From assembly GCA_029260075.1 (NCBI GenBank), contig JAJDDY010000039.1:6052-70051 (forward strand): a stretch of DNA of 64,000 nucleotides, given 5' to 3'. Made by a program: the position numbers and the translations under genes. Below, one piece after another: positions 29,428 through 39,803 of the stretch. Below the pieces are notes generated by a model that was not told the DNA's origin, did not search any database, and saw only the letters and a program-made list of their open reading frames with translations. The first letter of the stretch is position 1; each line of letters opens with the position of its first letter. The DNA comes from Phycisphaerae bacterium. Its GTDB lineage: Bacteria > Planctomycetota > Phycisphaerae > UBA1845.

Positions 29428-29627
29428 GCTAGTGCGTGAATCCTTTCTCGCACCCATCTTCGCGGGAATCCCTTCCCGCAGCGCCACTCGATTGTGATCC
29501 GCTGGTGCGTGAATCCTTTCTCGCACCTATCTTCGCGGGAATCCCTTCCCGCAGCACACCGGAGCCGTCGAACGCAGGATAGGAATCCTGCTCGATCGGA
29601 GGGACGAGATAGGAATCTCGTCCCAGC
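29428..29627. repeat. Family-B palindromic repeat cluster (73-bp period doublet plus variants)
   Basis: 2x [GTGCGTGAATCCTTTCTCGCAC + CGCGGGAATCCCTTCCCGCAGC], GCAGGATAGGAATCCTGC, GGGACGAGATAGGAATCTCGTCCCAGC. Confidence 0.85.
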
Positions 29628-29800
29628 GTCTCAGTTCGAAGCAACCCTTATCGAACACGCTCTTAGACCCTAGACCTTGGGCCCGCTACAGTTTATCGGT
29701 CGATATGGGCCTGCGGGTTATTTCGGCCCCCAAAAGCTCGACCCTTCCGCAACCCGGTAGGGACACTATCATGCCGGTTTCCGGCGAATGGAACGGTGTG

Positions 29801-30841
29801 ATGGACATCAACGCTCTACGAACTCAGCTACGCGACAGGCAACTCAAAGGCGACGAACGCACCTGGCCCGGCGGATCTGTGGATCTGTTGACCGAGGCCG
29901 GTTGCTGGGGAAGAGTCATCGCCACCGACCACGGTGGCACGGCCGTCGATCCGGCCGAGCAAATTTCGACCTATGTGGCTGTCGCGGCAGGGAGCCTCAC
30001 GATGGCGCTGATCCTGACCCAGCACGATGGGGCCTGCGAACTACTCGGCGATTGCGACAACCAAGCCCTCGCCAGCCGCGTCCTTCCGAAGTGCGCCGAT
30101 GGCTCGTGCCTTGCGACGGTCGGCATCAGTCAGCTTACCACATCCCGGCGGACCTCCGGACCCGGGATGCGAGCGGCGAAATCGGGAGACGGATTCCAAC
30201 TGACCGGGATCATGCCGTGGGTGACCGCCGCCCGACACGCGGATTTCATTGTCACAGGCGGCGTGCTACCCGACGGCAACCAAATCCTCGCATTGGTTGA
30301 AACGGACGCGCCCGGCCTGACGATTGCGGATCCGATGGAGTTCGTCGCCCTGAGCAGTAGCTATACCAGCGAAGTACGATGCGACGGCGTGGAAATCGAT
30401 CGCGATCATTTGATGCGCGGTCCGGTCGAGCGTGCGCTCGCTCTGCAATCGCCGGTGAAACCACTTAGCGTCTCAGCGGTCGGGCTCGGCATGGCCAGTG
30501 CGTTGCTCGAGGCCGTCCGCGAGCGATCGCCGTCGCTCCCGCAAGCGGCGAACTTGCTATCCGGAGCTATTCCCGATCGATTTGAAGCTGTTCGCCAGCG
30601 GCTCTTCGATGCCGCCGACGCGCTTGGCGACCCTGATGCCGAGGTTCCGGCCATGGACATTCGTGTGGCCGTCAACGACCTCGTCATCCGTTTGGCCAGC
30701 ACTTGCCTCACGTTGGCGAAGGGTTCGGGATATCTCTCGACCCATCCCGCACAACGTCTGTTCCGCGAAGCCATGTTCTTTCTTGTCTGGTCCGCACCAC
30801 CGCACGTCCAAGCTGGAACCCTCGATTTGCTTTGGACGTAG
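29801..30841 (+). CDS. Acyl-CoA dehydrogenase family protein
   Basis: ATVGISQL, LTGIMPWVTAA, AKGSGYLSTHPAQRLFREAMFFLVWS; start may lie upstream. Confidence 0.85.
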   Translation: MDINALRTQLRDRQLKGDERTWPGGSVDLLTEAGCWGRVIATDHGGTAVDPAEQISTYVAVAAGSLTMALILTQHDGACELLGDCDNQALASRVLPKCADGSCLATVGISQLTTSRRTSGPGMRAAKSGDGFQLTGIMPWVTAARHADFIVTGGVLPDGNQILALVETDAPGLTIADPMEFVALSSSYTSEVRCDGVEIDRDHLMRGPVERALALQSPVKPLSVSAVGLGMASALLEAVRERSPSLPQAANLLSGAIPDRFEAVRQRLFDAADALGDPDAEVPAMDIRVAVNDLVIRLASTCLTLAKGSGYLSTHPAQRLFREAMFFLVWSAPPHVQAGTLDLLWT

Positions 30842-31063
30842 ACCCAAGGCCTCAGCGTGACGACCATGGACAGAACCGAAGTCCGGTTCTCCACTCCGAG
30901 CGAAGATTCGCAGCTGGGCGAAGGAGCGGCGCTCATTCGTGGTACGCGGCTTGCTTGTCTTGTCAGCGGGATTGCGCGCGGTAAATTACGCATGTGGTCC
31001 AGGATCGCATCGTTGCGATCGTGTCGCATGAGTTGTCCTAGTTGTCCAATCAAGGTGAACCAA

Positions 31064-31741
31064 ATGAAGACAGGCCTGACCGTAGTGGCGTTGACGATTC
31101 CGATGGTGTTCGTATTGGTGTTCGGCGTTGCTGCGAGCCCGCCGCCCGACGGCACGATACGAGCGGCCGCCGTACTACCGGCCGCGCTCGCGACCACGGC
31201 TGATGGCGAGGCGACCAAGTATGCTTACGTCGGTTCGAGCAAGTGTAAGATGTGCCACATCAAGCAGCATAAGAGCTGGAAGAAAACGAAAATGGGCTTG
31301 GCTTTCGATACGCTCAAGCCCGGCGCTGTCGCAGATGTCAAGAAGGCGCACGGTCTCGACCCGAACAAAGATTACACGACTGACGAAACCTGCCTCAAGT
31401 GTCACACCACAGGACTCGGCCACGAGGGCGGTTACTTCATCCCCGACGCAAGCGACAAGAAAGCTGTGCGTAAAGCCAAGAAACTCCAGGGCGTCGGATG
31501 CGAATCGTGCCACGGCCCGGGAAGCGAGTACGTCAAGCTCCACACGGAACTCTTGAAAACCAAACGCAAATACAAGATCGAAGAGATGTACGCGGCCGGA
31601 ATGGTTAAGGTCGATGCGTCAACTTGCGTCACGTGCCACAATGAGCAGAGCCCGACGATCGCGAAGGGCGACGCCTTTGATTACGAAGCCAAGAAAAACG
31701 AGGGCACGCACGAACGAATCCCGCTCAAACAACGCGAGTAG
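31064..31741 (+). CDS. Tetraheme cytochrome c (c554-like)
   Basis: Signal/TM N-terminus; YVGSSKCKMCH, CLKCHTTG, VGCESCHGPG, CVTCH. Confidence 0.88.
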   Translation: MKTGLTVVALTIPMVFVLVFGVAASPPPDGTIRAAAVLPAALATTADGEATKYAYVGSSKCKMCHIKQHKSWKKTKMGLAFDTLKPGAVADVKKAHGLDPNKDYTTDETCLKCHTTGLGHEGGYFIPDASDKKAVRKAKKLQGVGCESCHGPGSEYVKLHTELLKTKRKYKIEEMYAAGMVKVDASTCVTCHNEQSPTIAKGDAFDYEAKKNEGTHERIPLKQRE

Positions 31742-32303
31742 ATCGCGGCGCGGACGGCCAAGCGGATCACACTCAACGATGAGCGCGTGCGTACTTGGCG
31801 ACTCCGCGGATCGCGCTGGAGCGAGAGCCCGGTCTCGGCGACAGCGGCCTTGTTAGGCGAGGCTGGTGTCGCCGAAGGTCTCCGGGCACGTGTTGTCGAT
31901 GGGCTGAGTTCACGGTCAAAACGCACGTATCGCTGGCGTCCTACGGCCATCGAATCGTGGCCACACCATCTGAACGAGCTGCCAACTTCAGACCGGATCG
32001 TCGCCCCGTTTCCTGCCGTTTCGGCGGACCTCGCCTCACCCGAGTCGAAATTGCCTCGAACTTTCTAATTCTCAATAACTGCGTTCTTGTGTCATACTGA
32101 ACTTGGTGGCTGTGCGCGCGGGACTAGATCCGCGTCGACGCTTGCGGGCCGGGATGAATCGCGCGATGATGCGACGGTTTCATTGGCTGGTTGCGGAGAT
32201 CGAACGCACATGTCAGCGTATTCCGACCGGCTCTTGGCGTTGACCACCACAGGAGATTGATCGATTGACCACGGTAAACATGGGACCAGAGGTCTCTGAC
32301 TGG

Positions 32304-33386
32304 ATGACATTTCGACGCAACCTGATCGCTTCCGCCGAAGCAACGACGGACGAGAATGGCATGGAAACTATCGAGCGATTCGGCGAGCTGTGCGAAGAAT
32401 ACGACGCGCTCGCGGACGGTATCGCGCTGGTCGACCGACCTGACCGCGCCTTGCTCGAAATCGGTGGCGCGGACCGGGCTAGCTGGTTACACAACCTGAC
32501 GACCGGTAACGTGAAATCCATTCTCCCCGGCGATGGCTGTTATGCGTTTGCGCTCAACGTGCAGGGACGCATCCTGTTCGACCTAAACGCCTTGGTTCAT
32601 GCCGATTCGATCTTCGTGGATATCGACCGACGATTCCTCGAGTTCGCCCGAGAGCACTTGGACAAGTTCATCATCATGGAAGATGTCACCGTCACGGACC
32701 GAACGGACGACTTCGTTCGACTGGGCCTTTCGGGCACGGGGATCCGAGCCATGCTCACGGAAATCGGTGCACCACACGCCGCCACCCTACCGATCCTCGG
32801 CCAGACGCGAGCCCACATCGCCAACCTCGACATGGACTTGGTTCGTACGGATTTTTGCGGACCGGTCGCCGTCGAACTGTTTGTCCCCATCGCCGACGCT
32901 TCGACCGCCTGGCGACACCTAACCGATCCGGCGCGAGCCCATCGCGCCGTCCCCGTCGGCGGTGAAGCCGTCGAAACCCGGCGTATCGAATCGGGCATTC
33001 CGAAATCGGGCTGCGAGATTAACGACGAGGCGCTTCCGGATGAGACCGGTCAGTTCCAACGCGCAGTCAGCACCAACAAAGGGTGCTACCTCGGGCAGGA
33101 AATCGTCGAACGTATGCGATCGCGCAGCGTGGTGGCGCGGCGACTGATGCGCTTGGCGTTTTCCGGTGAGACCCCCCTACCGCCGGGTACGGGACTGGTA
33201 GACGAAACCGGTTCAAGCGTTGGCGTCGTGACAAGCTCATGCCGATCCGGCGGTCACGGCGACTGCGTTGGGTTGGGATATGTGAAGACGGCGAGCGCCG
33301 TACCGGGTACGCGACTCCGATGCGCATCGGATGGTGAGACGGATGTCATCGTGGCGGCACTATCGCCAGCGGATGACATGTCCTAG
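32304..33386 (+). CDS. YgfZ/GcvT-like folate-binding Fe-S cluster/tRNA-modification factor
   Basis: GADRASWLHNLTT, RIESGIP, signature KGCYLGQE. Confidence 0.88.
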   Translation: MTFRRNLIASAEATTDENGMETIERFGELCEEYDALADGIALVDRPDRALLEIGGADRASWLHNLTTGNVKSILPGDGCYAFALNVQGRILFDLNALVHADSIFVDIDRRFLEFAREHLDKFIIMEDVTVTDRTDDFVRLGLSGTGIRAMLTEIGAPHAATLPILGQTRAHIANLDMDLVRTDFCGPVAVELFVPIADASTAWRHLTDPARAHRAVPVGGEAVETRRIESGIPKSGCEINDEALPDETGQFQRAVSTNKGCYLGQEIVERMRSRSVVARRLMRLAFSGETPLPPGTGLVDETGSSVGVVTSSCRSGGHGDCVGLGYVKTASAVPGTRLRCASDGETDVIVAALSPADDMS

Positions 33387-33512
33387 AAGATAGTTGAGCC
33401 TGGGCGCGCGACCGATTGGCACCTGACCAGACACTCCGCGCGGCGGTAGCGTGCCGAAGGGTCATAATCTTCGATCGCGAACATGGTTCGTACTTTATCG
33501 GGAGCGTACGAA

Positions 33513-34220
33513 ATGAGTGATCAAGTTGTTGTGGTAACTGGCGGAGGTCGGGGCATTGGGCGGGCAATTTGCGAACGCTTTGCATCTCACGGCGCACAAG
33601 TCGTGGCGGCTTCGCGCTCGGTCGATGAACTCGAGAGCGTCAAGGCGACGATCAAGCAATCCGGTGGTCGCTGTGACATTCAAACGGTCGACGTTTCCTC
33701 GACGAGCGACATCGATGCGCTCATCGCCACGACGCTTAAGCAGTTCGGACGTATCGATGTGCTGGTGAACAACGCCGGTGTGGCGCCGTTTTGCACAATT
33801 GAACAACTCGAACCGTCGACGTTCCGGTCGCTCACATCCGTCAATATCGAAGCGGTGTACCACGCCTGCCGGGCGGTGTGGCCGGCGATGAGCAAGCAAC
33901 AGGGCGGCGTGATCATCAACATTTCGTCCGTCCTGTCGGTTGACACGTTCACGGGGTTCTCAGCCTACGGTGCCTCCAAAGCATGGGTCAGCGGTTGGAC
34001 GCGCGGGCTCGCGGACGAAGGCGAATCGCTCGGCATCAAAGTATACGCCATCGCGCCGGGCGCCGTGGAGACGAAACTGCTTCGTGCCACGTTTCCGGAT
34101 TATCCCTCGGATCAGGTGCTCGCTCCATCGAAGATCGCAGACGTCGCGTTTTCGCTGACCGAGCCGGATGTTAGTCACAAACCAGGTGAAACGATTTTCG
34201 TACGGCCCGAGTCAGCTTGA
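33513..34220 (+). CDS. SDR family oxidoreductase
   Basis: TGGGRGIG, NNAG, YGASK. Confidence 0.92.
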   Translation: MSDQVVVVTGGGRGIGRAICERFASHGAQVVAASRSVDELESVKATIKQSGGRCDIQTVDVSSTSDIDALIATTLKQFGRIDVLVNNAGVAPFCTIEQLEPSTFRSLTSVNIEAVYHACRAVWPAMSKQQGGVIINISSVLSVDTFTGFSAYGASKAWVSGWTRGLADEGESLGIKVYAIAPGAVETKLLRATFPDYPSDQVLAPSKIADVAFSLTEPDVSHKPGETIFVRPESA

Positions 34221-34248
34221 ACCGGCGACAAAACGAGGAGGTCACACC

Positions 34249-34599
34249 ATGAGTTTGCTCGGAAGTTCGGCATTTGGCCGATCAAGCGCACAGACGGACG
34301 CCACCGGCGCTGCGGCCGCGGCGCGCACAGCGCAGACGGACACAAGAGCCCTCGAAGCCCGACTGGACCGCGCGCTGCTTGCGTGTGAGGCGATGTGGAT
34401 GTTGCTGCGCAAGAAGCTCGAATTGACGGACGAGGAGTTGGCGGACCAAATCACCGAGCTCGACCTGTCGGACGGCGTGCTTGACGGCAAGGTCCGCAAG
34501 ACGGCCGTGACGTGTTCCAAGTGTAAACGAAAAGTCGCCCCGCGGTTTGACAAGTGCATGTACTGTCAAACACCAACTCCGCTCAACCCGTTCGCGTGA
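34249..34599 (+). CDS. Hypothetical protein with C-terminal zinc ribbon
   Basis: GAGGAGG RBS; DLSDGVLDGK, CSKC...CMYC. Confidence 0.8.
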   Translation: MSLLGSSAFGRSSAQTDATGAAAAARTAQTDTRALEARLDRALLACEAMWMLLRKKLELTDEELADQITELDLSDGVLDGKVRKTAVTCSKCKRKVAPRFDKCMYCQTPTPLNPFA

Positions 34600-34760
34600 A
34601 TCCTACGTTCGAACTGCGTGGGTAACTCACGGCAGATCATTTCCAATGGATCCGGGGCTGGAAAATGGTGCCACTCTGTTTCCGAAGAGCGGCTCGACAC
34701 TCGCATCTTGTCGTACGTTCATCCGGTAATGGACGTCGAGAGTTTGCTACTCGGAACAGA

Positions 34761-34915
34761 CTGGTGCTCAGTCATCGATCGATTGACGGGGTGGTCCGAT
34801 CCGAGCCGCGACCGTGAGGGTGTGTCTTGAAGCTGTCGCCACCGACTTTCGAACGTCCGCTACCTTACGGGCGCGGCTCGGTAGACCCTTCAATCGATGT
34901 GTGACAGAGCACTAG
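34761..34915. mobile_element. MITE-like element family A, reverse orientation (155 bp)
   Basis: CTGGTGCTCAGTCA...GTGACAGAGCACTAG with REP doublet core. Confidence 0.78.
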
Positions 34916-34917
34916 AT

Positions 34918-35502
34918 TTACGGCTGAGCGGGCTGCCCGTCCGGTGGAAGCAGGTCGATCTTGTCAGCAATACCCGCAATGGCATCGATACAATTCGCAA
35001 TGTGCTCGGCCAGCGGTAGCCCGAGAAGTTCGGCGCCCATCACAATGTCGTCACGTGACACTGCGGCGGCGAACGATTTCTGTTTCATCTTCTTCGTGAT
35101 GCTCTTGGGTTTCATGCCGGTGATTCGCTCCGGTCGAACAAGGGCAGCCGCATAAATGAACCCACTCAGTTCGTCTGCAGCGAAGAGGGCTTTCCGAATC
35201 GGCGTGTCGCGCGGGAACTCGTCGGTGTTCCACGGAACGTGCGAGGCAATAGCGGTGATGATTTCCTCATCGAACCCGGCGGAACGGAGAATTTTCGCGC
35301 CCTCTCGCGTGTGGTCCGCCGGGTCGGGCCAGCGTTCATAGTCAAAGTCGTGCAACAGCCCGGCGACGCCCCACTGTTCCACGTTTTCTGAATACCGCTC
35401 GGCATAGCCGCGCATGGACGCCTCGACGCACAGACCGTGGCGAATCAATGCCGGAGACTTGGTGTACTCATTCAGAATGTTCCACGCATTTTCGCGATTC
35501 AT
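34918..35502 (-). CDS. HD-domain (HDIG-type) phosphohydrolase
   Basis: RHGLCVEASM, GLLHDFDYE, ADELSGF, KSFAAAVSRDDI. Confidence 0.88.
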   Translation of the reverse strand: MNRENAWNILNEYTKSPALIRHGLCVEASMRGYAERYSENVEQWGVAGLLHDFDYERWPDPADHTREGAKILRSAGFDEEIITAIASHVPWNTDEFPRDTPIRKALFAADELSGFIYAAALVRPERITGMKPKSITKKMKQKSFAAAVSRDDIVMGAELLGLPLAEHIANCIDAIAGIADKIDLLPPDGQPAQP

Positions 35503-35585
35503 TGTTACCATCTCCAACCGGGCGCATCACAGTTTGGGCGTGCCACCGAAAGGTATTGCCGTTGAAACTATGCGCGCACCTTGCA

Positions 35586-35769
35586 GCCCCAACGGGGCGT
35601 CCTATTCCAGCCCACGGCAACGCCCTGGGGGTTCGTGAGTCCGAAATCGTGCCAGCCCTGAAAGGGCGGAATAACCCACATATCTCGCTCATTCAGAGCT
35701 CGCACACTACACCCTCGGACCAGACCCAGGGCGTTGCCCTCGGGCTGATGTAGATTGCCCTTTCAGGGC
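35586..35769. repeat. Palindromic repeat family C (GCCCTGAAAGGGC / CCCAGGGCGTTGCCCTxGGG composite)
   Basis: GCCCCAACGGGGC, CCCACGGCAACGCCCTGGG, GCCCTGAAAGGGC, CCCAGGGCGTTGCCCTCGGG, GCCCTTTCAGGGC in inverted arrangement. Confidence 0.75.
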
Positions 35770-35952
35770 ACCGCGGCGGCGCGACGAATTGGTCGATGGG
35801 ACATGCAGAAGTCTAGCAGGCCGCCATACCGTCCCGGCCAAAACTGTCTTGCACCATCCTCAACCGACCATCCTTTGACGTCTCGCCAGCACGCGGTACC
35901 ATCGTATCTGGTGCGGCTGCTCTGTCCAACGCACCAACGATCGAGGCGACAC

Positions 35953-37002
35953 GTGCGACCACGAGAACGAGCCAAATTCGACGCCACGGAACTCGCGATC
36001 GCGCTGAGTCACTATGATCTGGGCGTGATCGAATCGATCACGGATTTTCCTCGTGGTTCGAGTCGCAGTCCGAAGGTCGGCATCGTCTGTGAACGGGGAA
36101 AGTTCCTGCTCAAGCGACGGTCCATTCGACGCGCCCATCCGGAGAGCGTTCGCTTCGCCCATCGCGTTCAGAACCATCTCGCCAAGAACGGCTTCCCAGC
36201 GCCGGCCATTGTTCAAACTCGCGGACACCCGAACGACCTCTTACAAATCCGTGAGCACGTGTACGAACTCTTCGAGTTCGTCGCCGGGCAACCGTTCCGG
36301 CAGTCCGCAGACGAGAGTCGCGACGCGGGAACGGTTCTTGGTCGCTTTCACGAGTGTACGAAAGATGTGCGGCCACCGGCGTCAACACCCACCCCACGCG
36401 GCGACTATCACGATGCGGCCGGCGTGCGAACGGGTCTCTGCTCGATCGGGTCGACGCTTAGTTCGCACGACAGCTTCTCCGGAGACGAAGCCGAACTTGC
36501 GACCCTCGTGCAATACCTTCTCGGAGCCTACGACGAAGCCGCCGCATCGCTGACGGCTTCCGGTTTTCGAGATCGACCGACACGACTCATCCATACCGAT
36601 TGGCATCCGGGCAACCTGCTGTTTCGAAATCAGCAAGTGGTGGCGGTGATCGACTACGACACGTTGCGTGTCTCGCAGCGCATGATTGACGTCGCAAACG
36701 GCGCGCTTCAGTTTTCCATTACCGGCAGCGGCGACCCAGCCAACTGGCCTGAGCACGTGGACGAAGATCGATTCGCGGCGTTCCTGTCCGGGTACGAATC
36801 CGTGGACCCGCTCTCTGACGCCGACCGGTCCGCAATCGTTGACCTCATCACCGAAGCACTCATCGCCGAAAGCGTCCCGCCGATAACCGAAACCGGCTCG
36901 GTCGGTCGCTGGGCGGGCTTTCGCATACTGCAGATGATTCGACGCAAGGTGACGTGGATCAGGAACAACGCCGAGCGGCTAACGAGCGCGCCAACGCCGT
37001 AA
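35953..37002 (+). CDS. APH/homoserine kinase type II-like phosphotransferase
   Basis: FLLKR, LIHTDWHPGNLLF, VIDYD. Confidence 0.85.
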   Translation: MRPRERAKFDATELAIALSHYDLGVIESITDFPRGSSRSPKVGIVCERGKFLLKRRSIRRAHPESVRFAHRVQNHLAKNGFPAPAIVQTRGHPNDLLQIREHVYELFEFVAGQPFRQSADESRDAGTVLGRFHECTKDVRPPASTPTPRGDYHDAAGVRTGLCSIGSTLSSHDSFSGDEAELATLVQYLLGAYDEAAASLTASGFRDRPTRLIHTDWHPGNLLFRNQQVVAVIDYDTLRVSQRMIDVANGALQFSITGSGDPANWPEHVDEDRFAAFLSGYESVDPLSDADRSAIVDLITEALIAESVPPITETGSVGRWAGFRILQMIRRKVTWIRNNAERLTSAPTP

Positions 37003-37137
37003 GCTGCATCTGCCGAAGGCCGACGCCACCTCTTCATTCGTCGGTTTTGTGAGGTCGGGACAAGCTCAGGACACCGTAGGCTCGCGAAGCGGTTCCTATG
37101 GCGATTTCACGTCCGATCGGGTATGCTCCGAACCGTG

Positions 37138-37500
37138 ATGAACCATAATGCTTGTCAGTTTGCGATCGAGTTGGCCCGAATCGCCGCCGACCATAAGTCG
37201 GAACGGGTCGTGACATTCGACCTGCGCGGGATCAGTCCGGTCACCGAATACGTGGTGGTCTGCACCGGCACGTCGGAGCGGCAGATGCACACTGTGGCTG
37301 AAGCATTGGAAGAATATGGCAAGAAGCTCGGGCAGCGTCCCTTCGGATTTGCCGGCCGGCAAAGCGAGGTGTGGACGCTGATCGACTTCGTCGATGTGGT
37401 CTTTCACATTTTCGGCCGGGCCCATCGAGACTATTACGATCTCGAACTGCTCTGGGGTGACGCACCCAAGATCGACTGGGCAAGAAGCGAATCGGCGTAG
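37138..37500 (+). CDS. rsfS: Ribosome silencing factor
   Basis: VVCTGTSERQ, WTLIDFVDVVFHIF, YYDLELLWGDAP. Confidence 0.93.
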   Translation: MNHNACQFAIELARIAADHKSERVVTFDLRGISPVTEYVVVCTGTSERQMHTVAEALEEYGKKLGQRPFGFAGRQSEVWTLIDFVDVVFHIFGRAHRDYYDLELLWGDAPKIDWARSESA

Positions 37501-37681
37501 TACCGTCTGCTTCAAAACTAAGTGACCGCGTGCTGCGGCTCTTGAGTGCGTTGCGTTGAATCACCTGCAGCTACATCGTTTGACAACCCAGATGACTCTC
37601 CCTGCCGTCGAATACCAACGGCGACCCGCTGCCGTCCGAATCTTCCCCTGCCCACGATAGTCCAATGGAGTCTGCATTACA

Positions 37682-39481
37682 GTGAAACCGATCATTGACC
37701 AGCTCGCCGATCGCGTCCGTGACGCCCTCGTTGCGATGGGCGTTGAGGGTGACCCGCTCATCAGAACGTCGCAAGATGCGAAGTTCGGAGACTACCAATC
37801 CAACTGCGCGATGGGCCTTGGAAAGAAACTGGGGCAATCGCCGCGCGACGTGGCCGGTCGAGTGATCGAGCTGATCAACGTCGAGGGCATCTGCGAGACA
37901 CCGGAAATCGCCGGGCCGGGGTTTATCAATTTTCGCCTCACCGCAGACTTTCTCGCCAAGAGTCTGCAGGCTATTCCGCGTGCGCAAGACGCCGACGATG
38001 ACCGTGTAGGAATCGATCGTACGGCCAATCCGCAGAAGATCGCCGTCGACCTGTCGAGCCCGAACCTGGCAAAGGAAATGCACGTCGGCCATCTGCGCAG
38101 CACGGTAATCGGAGACTGCATTAGCCGCGTGCTCGAATTCGAGGGGCACGACGTTCTTCGCGAAAACCACGTCGGCGACTGGGGTACACAGTTCGGCATG
38201 CTTGTCGCGTACCTGCGGGCTACGCACGAGGAAATCATCGAGCACCCCGGTAACCTACGAATCAGCGACCTGGAATCGTTCTACGTTAAGGCAAAAGCCA
38301 AGTTCGACGCGGACGACGAATTCAAGCGTACGGCGCGCGAGACGGTGGTCGCATTGCAGCAAGGCGATTCCGTGACGCGGAGCATCTGGAGTGCATTTTG
38401 CGATGAGTCGCTCCGCCACTGCCACGCCATCTACGACCGACTCGGAGTCGAGCTCGTCGATCGTGGAGAAAGCTTCTACGCCGACCTGATGGAAGAAGTG
38501 GTGCAGCGGCTTGAGACGATGCAAGCAAAGCGCGACGACGGCTTGATCGCCATGAGCGACGGCGCACTCTGCCTGTTCATGGACGGGTTCAAGACGCGCG
38601 ACGGCAACGCACTGCCCATGATCGTTCGCAAATCCGACGGCGGTTTCAACTACGCCACGTCAGACCTAGCCACCATCATCCACCGCGTGGAGTCCGAGCG
38701 CGTCGACCGCATCATCTACATCGTGGGCATCACGCAAAAGCAACACTTCCAAATGCTCTTCGCCGCCGTCAAGCAACTCGGCTGGGCGGGTGAAGACGTT
38801 GATCTCAAACACCTTGGTTTCGGCAGCATGTTGTCGAAGACCGGCCGTCCGTTCAAGACACGCGAGGGCGGGACCGTCAAGCTCAAAGACCTTCTCGACC
38901 AAGCCGTCGCGCGGGCGCGGGAGGTGATCGACGGGATCGGCAAAGACGAGACGGAAGGCACGCGATCACTCGGTGCCGAACAAGCGGACGTCGTAGCCGA
39001 ACGCATCGGGCTCGCCGCGGTAAAGTATTTCGACCTCTCTCACTCCCTGAGCACCGACTACAAATTCGACCTCGATGCGATGCTGGCGATGGAGGGCAAT
39101 ACCGCACCCTACATGATGTACGCCTATGCTCGCATTCGTTCGATCGGACGCAAAGCCGGGGTGGACTTGTCCAACCTCCCCGACGATGCCGACATGCTGC
39201 TCGACCACCCGGCAGAAATTGCCCTGGCGACCACGCTTCTTCAATTCGCGGAAACGGTGGACGTCGTCGGACGCGAACTCAAGCCGAACTTCCTGACGGA
39301 ATACCTCTACGAACTAGCCAAGACCTTCAGCCGTTTCTACGACCGCAAGCTGGGCGTGCGCGTGATCGACGCCTCGCCGGAATCCGTCCGAATTTCACGT
39401 CTGCGATTGTGCGATTTGACGGCGCGGGTGTTGCGCCTCGGGCTTTCACTGCTCGGTATCGAAACCGTAGAGCATATGTGA
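37682..39481 (+). CDS. argS: Arginine--tRNA ligase
   Basis: FGDYQSN, SSPNLAKEMHVGHLRST, NHVGDWGTQFG, FKTREGG, GNTAPYMMYAYARI. Confidence 0.97.
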   Translation: MKPIIDQLADRVRDALVAMGVEGDPLIRTSQDAKFGDYQSNCAMGLGKKLGQSPRDVAGRVIELINVEGICETPEIAGPGFINFRLTADFLAKSLQAIPRAQDADDDRVGIDRTANPQKIAVDLSSPNLAKEMHVGHLRSTVIGDCISRVLEFEGHDVLRENHVGDWGTQFGMLVAYLRATHEEIIEHPGNLRISDLESFYVKAKAKFDADDEFKRTARETVVALQQGDSVTRSIWSAFCDESLRHCHAIYDRLGVELVDRGESFYADLMEEVVQRLETMQAKRDDGLIAMSDGALCLFMDGFKTRDGNALPMIVRKSDGGFNYATSDLATIIHRVESERVDRIIYIVGITQKQHFQMLFAAVKQLGWAGEDVDLKHLGFGSMLSKTGRPFKTREGGTVKLKDLLDQAVARAREVIDGIGKDETEGTRSLGAEQADVVAERIGLAAVKYFDLSHSLSTDYKFDLDAMLAMEGNTAPYMMYAYARIRSIGRKAGVDLSNLPDDADMLLDHPAEIALATTLLQFAETVDVVGRELKPNFLTEYLYELAKTFSRFYDRKLGVRVIDASPESVRISRLRLCDLTARVLRLGLSLLGIETVEHM

Positions 39482-39507
39482 TCGCGACCGATACTACGAT
39501 CTGAATA

Positions 39508-39596
39508 GGTGCGAGAAAGGATTCACGCACCAGCGATCTGCAGTGTTGCTGGGACGAGATTCCCACATTGCTGGGACGAGATTCCTATCTCGTCCC
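39508..39596. repeat. Family-B palindromic repeat cluster
   Basis: GGTGCGAGAAAGGATTCACGCACCAGC and GCTGGGACGAGATTCC(TATCTCGTCCC) x2. Confidence 0.82.
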
Positions 39597-39692
39597 TCCG
39601 CTCAAGCAGGCGCGTCCGGGGCGCACCGCACGAGTAGCCTTGTCGGTTTGTCCACGGACAGCTCCACCGTCCATTCTGAAAACGCGGATACG

Positions 39693-39738
39693 AAAAAGAA
39701 GCGGGGTCGACGGATGTTTGACCCGTCCACCCCGCTCC
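39693..39738 (-). terminator. Intrinsic terminator downstream of secDF
   Basis: Minus strand GAGCGGGGTGGACGG-loop-CCGTCGACCCCGCTT followed by CTTTTT. Confidence 0.7.
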
Positions 39739-39803
39739 ATAAACCGACCGAGAGGCCGACGTCTTTCTATCTGTGCGACGTTCTACTCGTTCGGTGCGAC
39801 GAG

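Noticed and set aside
29428-29560. Direct repeats with 73-bp period suggesting a CRISPR array
   Set aside because: Only two units, the intervening DNA is itself repeated, same hairpins are dispersed elsewhere, and no cas genes are present
31742-32300. Short ORFs in this gap and in 7011-7574
   Set aside because: No RBS, motif or protein-like composition supporting a gene
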